Source: Promethearchaeota archaeon (GTDB lineage Archaea > Asgardarchaeota > Lokiarchaeia > Sigyniarchaeales > SOKP01). From it: DNA of 28,158 bases. Position 1 is the stretch's first letter. Every line of letters begins with the position of its first letter. The translations under genes and the position numbers were made by a program. Of the stretch, positions 19,247 through 26,867 are shown piece after piece. The stretch covers positions 1-28,158 of the forward strand of contig JABXKD010000048.1 of assembly GCA_013375475.1 (NCBI GenBank), written 5' to 3'. A model generated the notes under the pieces. The model was not told where the DNA came from, made no database searches, and worked only from the letters and a program-made list of their open reading frames with translations.

Positions 19247-20257
19247 TTAACCAGACACCTCATTTGTAGATCCTTTTTGACGAAAGAAAAAATCCCTGTA
19301 AATCGCTGCTATCACCAAAATCATAGATATTATAGAAAATGTCAATCCTACACCATCAACGGTTACATTTGGATTTGGAACAGCGATCGCAAATGCGATA
19401 CCTAATAGAATCCAATTGAAAATTAGAAACACAACAAATAAAATAGGAAGTATGAATTGTACCAAAAATCCAGTTTGAATGTTGCGTACTTTGGAATAAC
19501 TCGAGAAGATTATAGAAAAAAGCGCAAGGATGCCGAAAATAACTATTAGAACGCTAAAGATAACGATAATTAACCAAATTATTCCATTTGTATTAATTAG
19601 GTTCACGAAAGGAACAAGGAAATTAATACCTCTTGCTTCAAACAATCCAAAAAGGACAAATTCACCTTCAATTGAAGCCATCCCGAAAAAACTAAGCAAA
19701 TCAGCTGAATTTCCTGAAAAGAAGCCAAACAATCCAACGAGAGGGAAAATTACGCCTAAAACAAACGCAATAATTGTACAACAAGTTGCGAACCAAAATT
19801 CTGCTGTCCTAGTATCAGACACAGAAATTAAGCCTATATCATCATAATCTTCGTCGGGGATATAACTCCAACAATCTTGTATAGTGGATACTCCTATTAG
19901 TTTACCATCTTCAACCACTGGAACTACATTAACCTGTAAATCACGCATTCTTGTGAATGCTTCTGTAACAGGGCTTTCAAGCGATACTGGTTCGATTTTA
20001 TACATAGTCGTGATAACCTTTGCTTCTTTTGAGTCTTTTCCTTCTGCTACGATATTTTGGACAATATCAAAATCGGCTATAACTCCTAGAACTTTTTTTG
20101 TCTCTCCTTCGACCACAACTAAATCTGGTACACCTAGTTCTTTCATTTTTTTAGCGGCATCTTGAATTGTTGCGGTAGATTCTATTACACCGTACTCATC
20201 GTCGATAACTAAATCCTTTACAAAGTATTCTTTTTTAGATAAGCCTATTTTTATCAC
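19247..20257 (-). CDS. CBS-pair domain fused to a C-terminal region of about 4 TM helices; start GTG 20257 or ATA 20248
   Basis: CBS motifs ATIQDAAKKMKELGVPDLVVVE...GVIADFDIV and AFTRMRDLQVNVVPVVEDGKLIGV; four long hydrophobic segments follow. Confidence 0.85.
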   Translation of the reverse strand: MIKIGLSKKEYFVKDLVIDDEYGVIESTATIQDAAKKMKELGVPDLVVVEGETKKVLGVIADFDIVQNIVAEGKDSKEAKVITTMYKIEPVSLESPVTEAFTRMRDLQVNVVPVVEDGKLIGVSTIQDCWSYIPDEDYDDIGLISVSDTRTAEFWFATCCTIIAFVLGVIFPLVGLFGFFSGNSADLLSFFGMASIEGEFVLFGLFEARGINFLVPFVNLINTNGIIWLIIVIFSVLIVIFGILALFSIIFSSYSKVRNIQTGFLVQFILPILFVVFLIFNWILLGIAFAIAVPNPNVTVDGVGLTFSIISMILVIAAIYRDFFFRQKGSTNEVSG

Positions 20258-20439
20258 TTTTTTTATTAGATTAGTTATTTAATAAACAGACAAAACGAAC
20301 TATTAAAATTAACTATAGTCCAATATTTATGCATTAAGCTCAACGATTATTAAATCCTAAATCGAACATTAAAAAAAGATCCAAGTCTGATTCGGTATTA
20401 AGATAATTTGATTAAAGAAGAATAAAAAATAAAAAAGGA

Positions 20440-20898
20440 TTAATAGAATTCTGTTTCTACCATGGTGGTAGAGTTAACTAATTCTTGAGCAGCCTTAGTG
20501 GCTCTCATAACCTTAGCCATGTTCCCAATTAATTTGAATTTTCCCGCCATTAAACCTTGAATAGGATCAAGTTCTTTTTTTAATACTTTTACCCAGTTAT
20601 CATAAGGACCAGAAAATATGAATTCAGCTCCAACCTTTTCACCCTCTTTTAATGGTCGGGGTGGTGAATTAGGAGGTAAGACTTCGAATTCTTCATCATC
20701 AGCTAGTGTTTTTGCCCCTGTACAATCTCCTTTTAATAAACCAACAAACATGTTTATTTTCTTATCTAAAGCCCCACTGGGCTCAATAACGAAAATAAAA
20801 TCGCCTTCCCACCATGAAGCTGCTTGTTTATAGTTAGGATTGTCATTTATAGCTTTCATGTACGCTTTAGCCCAATCGTCACTTCCAAATTTTGGCAT
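20440..20898 (-). CDS. SCP2 sterol-binding domain protein
   Basis: FGSDDWAKAYMKAINDNPNYKQAASWW, AEFIFSGPYDNWVKVLKKELDPIQGLMAGKFKLIGNMAKVMR; ATG at 20898 behind AAAGTGA. Confidence 0.88.
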   Translation of the reverse strand: MPKFGSDDWAKAYMKAINDNPNYKQAASWWEGDFIFVIEPSGALDKKINMFVGLLKGDCTGAKTLADDEEFEVLPPNSPPRPLKEGEKVGAEFIFSGPYDNWVKVLKKELDPIQGLMAGKFKLIGNMAKVMRATKAAQELVNSTTMVETEFY

Positions 20899-21030
20899 TT
20901 TTTTCACTTTTATATTTTTTTTATTTATTTTGAAATTTATAAAATTAGTATAATTATGAATAAGAAAGTGTAATAAATAAAGGATTATGAATAAATAGAA
21001 GTTTGAAATATAAAAAATAGTAAAAATTAG

Positions 21031-22185
21031 TTATACTCCTATACCAATTGTATTACCAATTCCAGCAACAATAACTTTTGCTCCTTTTTCTGTTCGCTTG
21101 CGAATTCCCATCTTTATTTTTTCAACAATAGGATGGACACTTTTGGTAATTGGGCGCGACATGGTTGTAATTGCGTTCTCTAAAGACTGTCTACAGATAA
21201 GAGCGTCAATTGGAATTGCCTTCTTACTTGATGATTCCTCAATATAAAACTTCTCGACACCAATCCCCCCAATTGCCGCACCAACTCCGATAGCTATAGA
21301 GCCTGTTTTGTCCCCTGAAAATTTTAAACCTGCATCGATCATAATAATCCTGGAAATAGAAACCCCATGCTCCTCAACTAATTGCTTTATTGCTGTCCCT
21401 GGTTTTCCTACTGTCCCTCCAGGTCCTTTTGCGCGAACTACATAAACAGTTCTATCTTCAAACATAACTTCTTGAACTATTGTATCTTTTGCGATTTCTT
21501 TCGCTTCTATATCATCAGCATTAGCAACATCCCTTACAAAACTGCCGGCAACTAACGGCCCAAGTGCATCTCCGATTGGACTTCCTTCTGCAAAAGCTTT
21601 AGTAGCGTGATAATAAGATTTGGCCATAGCAAGAATCATGGTCATTTGCATAGAAATTTGCATCAGAATAATGTAAGATTTCGATTTTTTCCCTAGAATT
21701 AGGAAGTGTTTTACAAGTCGATAAACATAATCTACAGCCATAGCAGCTTCCAGAACATTTTCTAAATTCTGCGTTTCGTGAGACTCAGGGTCAGATCTAG
21801 GGGCCAATATCGCAATTTCCTCTTTAAATCTATCGTCTCTTACATTAATGATATGATCAATTTTTGGGATTATACCAAAAGGATCAAGATCAACTGGAGT
21901 AATCGCTATAAAAGTTAGGAAATTTTCGATTTTTAGCATTAAATCTTTCTCAGTTTCATTTTTATCGGAGAACTTTTTAAAATTGGAGACTAAAATCTGT
22001 TTACATTCGTCATTCCATTTTTTAAGTTTTTCCAATCCGGTTTCGATCTCTTTTGCGGATCTCCACGCTTGGAGTTTTGTTCCATAGAACATGGAAGCAA
22101 AGATCATAGCAAACCATAGTAAATTAAAAATTATCCCGAGAGGGTCGGTTTGTGTTTGGCCTAATTGCATTAATTGTATTAACAT
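21031..22185 (-). CDS. DUF1512 family membrane-anchored protein
   Basis: N-terminal TM; PVDLDPFGIIPK, PIGDALGPLVA, GPGGTVGKPG, IMIDAGLK, GAAIGGIGVEKFYIE, GIGNTIGIG. Confidence 0.85.
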   Translation of the reverse strand: MLIQLMQLGQTQTDPLGIIFNLLWFAMIFASMFYGTKLQAWRSAKEIETGLEKLKKWNDECKQILVSNFKKFSDKNETEKDLMLKIENFLTFIAITPVDLDPFGIIPKIDHIINVRDDRFKEEIAILAPRSDPESHETQNLENVLEAAMAVDYVYRLVKHFLILGKKSKSYIILMQISMQMTMILAMAKSYYHATKAFAEGSPIGDALGPLVAGSFVRDVANADDIEAKEIAKDTIVQEVMFEDRTVYVVRAKGPGGTVGKPGTAIKQLVEEHGVSISRIIMIDAGLKFSGDKTGSIAIGVGAAIGGIGVEKFYIEESSSKKAIPIDALICRQSLENAITTMSRPITKSVHPIVEKIKMGIRKRTEKGAKVIVAGIGNTIGIGV

Positions 22186-22334
22186 ATTTACCCCATCTTA
22201 GTCTTAAATAACAAATATAATTGAAAGATTAAATCTATTAAGTTTTCATAATAACAAAATTTATTTAATCTTATATTCTTTTCTATTATAGAGTATAGTT
22301 TACAAGATATCAATAAGAAACCATAAGGATATTT

Positions 22335-22772
22335 ATGATCGACGAAGAAGACGATGAGGAAATTTTAAAAAAGAAGCGTTCTTTGAAAAGTGTTCTAAAA
22401 AGCCTTGTTTTAATCGGATTAGTACTAATTGGAGTAATGTTTATATACATAGGAGAACCAGATCCAACCGTTAGTCTAATGATAGGATTTTTCTGTATTT
22501 GTTTAGCGACTTCAATACTTCAAATGAAAAAGGAGCCAAGCGATCCAGTAAGACAGACTTTAACAATATTAAAGTGTAAATCATGTGGAGCTATTAAAGT
22601 AAGAAATTACGAAAGCGGAGATTTTATATTTAAATCAACGGATACTTGCGACGAGTGCGATGAACCTATGCAAGTAAATCAGATTTATAGTGTAAAATTA
22701 AAGAAAGCTAAAGACAAGAGTAATAAGTTAGAAAAAGACAAAGAAGAATTAAAACAAACCATTGAGATCTAA
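22335..22772 (+). CDS. Small 2-TM protein with a C-terminal zinc ribbon
   Basis: Two hydrophobic helices, then CKSCG...RNYESGDFIFK...CDECD...IY; AAGGA SD. Confidence 0.8.
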   Translation: MIDEEDDEEILKKKRSLKSVLKSLVLIGLVLIGVMFIYIGEPDPTVSLMIGFFCICLATSILQMKKEPSDPVRQTLTILKCKSCGAIKVRNYESGDFIFKSTDTCDECDEPMQVNQIYSVKLKKAKDKSNKLEKDKEELKQTIEI

Positions 22773-22799
22773 TTTTTGTAATAGTTAGGTGTTTCCCTT

Positions 22800-23246
22800 A
22801 TTTTAAATAAAATCGGAATGGGCGGAACATTTGATCATCTCCATGATGGACATAAATATTTGTTAAAGACAGCTTTGAGCATATCTCATTTTATTGAGAT
22901 TGGATTAACTTCCCAAGAATTACTTAATAATAAAAAGGCAGCTTCAAAGCTAGAAGATTATACTACAAGAGAGGCAAATTTAAAGCATTTTATAAGTTCT
23001 TTCACAGACTTAAGTAGAGTCAGCATCGTTGAAATTAAAGATTGGGACGATATGGCCAAGTATTCTCAAGATCCTAGTTACGAGGGATTAATTTTGAGTC
23101 AAGAAACATATTCAAATGCCGTTAAACTGAATGAACTTCGAGAACAGAAGGGATTGAAACCGATCATTTTAATCGTAATACCACTTTTAAAAGATAAAAA
23201 TAACAAGAAAATTAGTTCTACGGCTATTCGCGAAAAATTAGAGTAG
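22800..23246 (+). CDS. coaD: Phosphopantetheine adenylyltransferase (archaeal/eukaryote type); start extended to a probable ATT
   Basis: GGTFDHLHDGH (HxGH), IGLTS, SQET, KISSTAIR. The first beta strand (NKIGM) lies upstream of the ATG at 22818, and AGGTG sits at 22787-22791. Confidence 0.9.
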   Translation: MLNKIGMGGTFDHLHDGHKYLLKTALSISHFIEIGLTSQELLNNKKAASKLEDYTTREANLKHFISSFTDLSRVSIVEIKDWDDMAKYSQDPSYEGLILSQETYSNAVKLNELREQKGLKPIILIVIPLLKDKNNKKISSTAIREKLE

Positions 23247-23270
23247 CAAAATTTTTTAGTGAATATTCGT

Positions 23271-23292
23271 TCAATACTATATAAAGTATTGA
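23271..23292 (+). promoter_or_regulatory. TATA-like element (TATATAAA) inside a perfect 8-bp inverted repeat
   Basis: TCAATACT-ATATAA-AGTATTGA. Confidence 0.4.
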
Positions 23293-23312
23293 TAGTATGA
23301 GATGAATAAATT

Positions 23313-23402
23313 TTGAAGGTTTACAGAGATTTCTTATCTACTAAAGGCAATTTCCTTCAAGTATCATTTATCTTCAAATTCTTTATTCTGCCAAGGGACT
23401 AA
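23313..23402 (+). CDS. Putative Phe-rich leader peptide MKVYRDFLSTKGNFLQVSFIFKFFILPRD
   Basis: TTG...TAA, 29 codons, 6 Phe (4 TTC, 2 TTT), four of them in FIFKFF; lies upstream of pheS-pheT-pheA and overlaps several hairpin arms. Confidence 0.35.
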   Translation: MKVYRDFLSTKGNFLQVSFIFKFFILPRD

Positions 23403-23431
23403 CATAATAGTCTAAAATTTTTTCCCTTGGC
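23390..23431 (+). other. Perfect 9-bp GC-rich stem with a 24-nt loop ending in a T6 tract
   Basis: GCCAAGGGA (23390-23398) pairs with TCCCTTGGC (23423-23431); T-run at 23418-23423. Confidence 0.55.
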
Positions 23432-23536
23432 TGCGGATACTTTGTTGAAATATTCTTTTTATACAATCTTATGATTTATTTAGTGGCTAAGTATCGTTCT
23501 AATTCATGAAAGAGCAAAGTAAAACGATATAATCCA

Positions 23537-23551
23537 CGAAAGATTTAAAAA
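23537..23551 (+). promoter_or_regulatory. Candidate BRE-TATA promoter for pheS
   Basis: CGAAAGA followed by TTTAAAAA, ending 55 nt before the pheS ATG. Confidence 0.45.
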
Positions 23552-23606
23552 GGTTAGAGATTTAGAAAAAATATAACGAAAAGTAAATTAATTTTGATTT
23601 TTAGAT

Positions 23607-25142
23607 ATGACGATCAAATTGAAAAAGCAAGTTATTGAAATTCTTAAAGTTCTTAAGAAAAAGAAAACTGAGCAAATAGCATCGATACTAGCAAAAGAGT
23701 TAAATATAGATTATATTGTGCTCATGGCAGCTGTTAACGATCTCATCGATCACGATTTAGGGGGGTTCAGAGAAGAAGAAATCAATCAAATTTCTTTAAA
23801 TGATGAAGGTCGCAAATATTTAGAAAATGGATTACCGGAAAATCAACTATTAGAACTTATGAGGGAATCTGATATTAAGGAGATTAACATGGAAGAATTA
23901 CTTATTGAATCCAAGCTAGAGCCGCACATTTTCTATGTAGGGCTTTCAAATATGAGGAAAAACGGTTGGATTGCTCAAAGTAAAGCTACAGGAGAAAATA
24001 AGATTTTTCTTGTTACCGAAGAATTTTTAGAAACGGATAATGAAAAGTTCCTGAAGACATTTAAAACGCATCCCACTCGCGATTATTCAAAATTATCAAA
24101 AAATGAATTACTCCAATTCGATCTTTTGAATAAAAGAAAATTATTTACAAAAGAAAAAAAAACCCAGCGTTCTATTTTTCTCACAAATAAGGGAAAATCA
24201 ATTAAAATGTCTGAAGTATCAGAATTAACACATATTAGTAAAATTACGTCTGAAATGCTCAGCTCGGGCACTTGGAAGAATTACGAGATAAAACCATTTG
24301 ATGTGTCAAAACCAGGACCTTCGTTAAAAGCGGGGAAAATTCACCCTATAGTTAGCCTTATTAACGAAATTAGAGAAGTATTTCTTTCGATGGGTTTTAC
24401 TGAAATTAGAGGTCCTATCGTAGAAAGTGCTTTTTATAATTTCGACGCGCTGTTCCAACCACAGGATCATCCTGCTCGTGAATTACAAGACACATTCTAT
24501 CTAAATAATCCTAAACTTGCCAGGTTACCTGAAAAAGATAGGGTACTAGCTGTTAAAGCTACTCATGAAAACGGGGGAGATTCTAATTCACTTGGCTGGA
24601 GATATCAATGGGACGAGAGTATTGCAAAGCAAACCGTATTAAGAACTCATACAACTTCCACAACTATGAGACGATTAGCACAATTTTATAGAAATAATGA
24701 GAAAACTCCCGTAAAAGTATTTTGTATTGACAGAGTTTTTAGAAACGAAAAATTAGACAAATCTCATTTAGCAGAGTTTACTCAAATAGAAGGGATCGTT
24801 ATTGATGAAAATGTTAATTTAAGCGATTTAATTGGCTTATTATCAGAATTTTATCGTAAAATGGGATTTAAGAAGATAATCACAAGACCCGGTTTTTTCC
24901 CTTATACTGAACCAAGTATGGAAGTTTCGGTATATTATGATAAATTAGGAGAGTGGTTAGAAATGGGAGGATCCGGAATTTTCAGACCAGAAGTAACATA
25001 TCCTTGGGGTATTAGAGATCCAACGAGAGTTTTGGCATGGGGTCAAGGACTTGAACGTATTGCGATGTTGTATTACAACCGAAAGGATATTAGAGATTTA
25101 TATATTAATCCAATTAAATGGTTGCGACAACAACCATATTAA
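23607..25142 (+). CDS. pheS: Phenylalanine--tRNA ligase alpha subunit, archaeal/eukaryote type with long N-terminal extension
   Basis: GKIHP, FYNFDALFQPQDHPARELQDTFY, LRTHTT, RVFRNE, EFTQIEG, FPYTEPSME, GQGLERIAM. Confidence 0.97.
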   Translation: MTIKLKKQVIEILKVLKKKKTEQIASILAKELNIDYIVLMAAVNDLIDHDLGGFREEEINQISLNDEGRKYLENGLPENQLLELMRESDIKEINMEELLIESKLEPHIFYVGLSNMRKNGWIAQSKATGENKIFLVTEEFLETDNEKFLKTFKTHPTRDYSKLSKNELLQFDLLNKRKLFTKEKKTQRSIFLTNKGKSIKMSEVSELTHISKITSEMLSSGTWKNYEIKPFDVSKPGPSLKAGKIHPIVSLINEIREVFLSMGFTEIRGPIVESAFYNFDALFQPQDHPARELQDTFYLNNPKLARLPEKDRVLAVKATHENGGDSNSLGWRYQWDESIAKQTVLRTHTTSTTMRRLAQFYRNNEKTPVKVFCIDRVFRNEKLDKSHLAEFTQIEGIVIDENVNLSDLIGLLSEFYRKMGFKKIITRPGFFPYTEPSMEVSVYYDKLGEWLEMGGSGIFRPEVTYPWGIRDPTRVLAWGQGLERIAMLYYNRKDIRDLYINPIKWLRQQPY

Positions 25143-25159
25143 ATTGAGGTGAAACGAAA

Positions 25160-26836
25160 ATACCTACTCTTGAATTAAAGATTGATAGATTAGAAAGATT
25201 AGTGGGAAAAACTTTAGATATAGATGAGTTAGAATACGACTTGCAATGGATTGGGCTAGATCTAGAGGATATCAATAAAGAAGAACAAAAGATTAAAATT
25301 GAATATAATCCGAATAGACCGGATTTCTCATCACCAGAGGGAATAGCCAGGGCTCTACAAGGTTACTACGAGGTGAAATTAGGGGTACCGAAGTTTAATA
25401 TAAAACAAAGCGAAGTTGTATTGAATGTAGATCCTAGCGTTAAACAAGTAAGACCATATATTGTATGTGGAATCGTCCGAAACATTGATCTAGACGAAGA
25501 AGAAGTTGCTACTTTAATGAATATCCAAGAACATCTTCATTGGGCTGTTGGAAGAGACAGAAGGAAGGTTGCAATTGGTGTACATGATTTGGATAAGGTA
25601 AAACCTCCTTATAGGTATACCGCAGTAAAACCAGATTCAGTAAGTTTTACACCTTTACATGGAGATGGATATCCGATGAATTTAGAAGAAATTTTACTCC
25701 TCCATGAAAAGGGTATTGAATACGCTAGCATATTAGAAGGGAAGGACGTATATCCAATTATTTTTGATGATAACAATGAAGTTCTCTCATTTCCGCCGAT
25801 TATTAACGGAGTTCTTACTACTGTTACCGAGGAAACAAAAAACTTATTCTTAGATTTAACTGGAACTGATTTGAATGCTGTGAATCTTGCTTTAAACATT
25901 TTATCGACAACATTATCGGACATGGGAGCTACAATCGAAAGCGTTAAAGTAAATTATGAGGGGGAAAAGGAAATTTTTACCCCCAATTTAGATACTACTA
26001 AATGGGAAGTTGAAATCGACTATATAAATAGTTATCTTGGTTTGAAATTAACTCCGTCTGAAATGATAAAATGCTTTCAAAAAGTAAGAATAGACGCAGA
26101 GGAATCGAAGAAGAAAGGGTATTTAGACGTTTTTATTCCTGCTTTCCGAGGAGATATAATGCATCCCGTTGATCTAACGGAAGAAGTCGCAATTGGTTAT
26201 GGTTATTTCAATATTCCAAAAACAATTCGAGAAGGGTGTATTGGAGAATATCATCCTATCCAAACTTTTTCGAATAAGATTAGGAGAATTATGATTGGAG
26301 CAGGCTACTTAGAAGTTCTCAATTTCATTTTAACCAGCTCTGAAAAGCAATATACTTATATGAAACAAAACTATGAGGAATCAAACTTAATTCAGATTGC
26401 AAATCCTGTTTCAACAGAATATAATACAACTAGAACTTCAATCTTGCCAAATTTAATGGATACAATACGATTTAACAGATCTGAAGAAAAACCAATCAAA
26501 ATTTTTGAAGTTGGAGATGTGGTTTTACTAGCATCTGAAGAAGAAACTGGAGCTAAGCGAGAAATCCATCTTTCAGCAGTTTCTTATCACGAAGATGCTG
26601 ACTTTACTGAAATCAGATCAACTTTAGATTTTATTATGACTGCTCTTGGACTTTATGAAGAATATGAAATAAAGGTTGGGAGCAATCCTAGTTATATTAA
26701 CGGACGTTACGGTGATGTTTATTTAAGGGAAATCAAAGTAGGGGAAATTGGAGAAATAAATCCAGAAGTTCTATTAAATTTTAAATTAGAGTTCCCTGTT
26801 GCGGGATTAGAACTAAATTTACAGAAATTTTTATAA
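25160..26836 (+). CDS. pheT: Phenylalanine--tRNA ligase beta subunit, archaeal/eukaryote type; start extended to ATA 25160
   Basis: NRPDFSSPEGIARAL, QEHLH...GRDRRKVAIGVHD, SFPPIING, RGDIMHPVDLTEEVAIGYG, IFEVGDVV. The in-frame ATA-CCT-ACT gives the typical (M)PT N-terminus, 7 nt after GAGGTGA. Confidence 0.95.
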   Translation: MPTLELKIDRLERLVGKTLDIDELEYDLQWIGLDLEDINKEEQKIKIEYNPNRPDFSSPEGIARALQGYYEVKLGVPKFNIKQSEVVLNVDPSVKQVRPYIVCGIVRNIDLDEEEVATLMNIQEHLHWAVGRDRRKVAIGVHDLDKVKPPYRYTAVKPDSVSFTPLHGDGYPMNLEEILLLHEKGIEYASILEGKDVYPIIFDDNNEVLSFPPIINGVLTTVTEETKNLFLDLTGTDLNAVNLALNILSTTLSDMGATIESVKVNYEGEKEIFTPNLDTTKWEVEIDYINSYLGLKLTPSEMIKCFQKVRIDAEESKKKGYLDVFIPAFRGDIMHPVDLTEEVAIGYGYFNIPKTIREGCIGEYHPIQTFSNKIRRIMIGAGYLEVLNFILTSSEKQYTYMKQNYEESNLIQIANPVSTEYNTTRTSILPNLMDTIRFNRSEEKPIKIFEVGDVVLLASEEETGAKREIHLSAVSYHEDADFTEIRSTLDFIMTALGLYEEYEIKVGSNPSYINGRYGDVYLREIKVGEIGEINPEVLLNFKLEFPVAGLELNLQKFL

Positions 26837-26867
26837 TTAATTTTTAGTTTAATACAAAATATACCAA

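Noticed and set aside
19247-19800. Claudin-family assignment of the 4-TM region of the CBS protein
   Set aside because: Tetraspan-like layout only; the W...GLW..C...C signature is absent.
23247-23606. T-box riboswitch, tRNA or SECIS interpretation of the pheS upstream region
   Set aside because: A CAGAGA is present but there is no TGGNACC antiterminator bulge, no cloverleaf, and no adjacent gene with an in-frame TGA.
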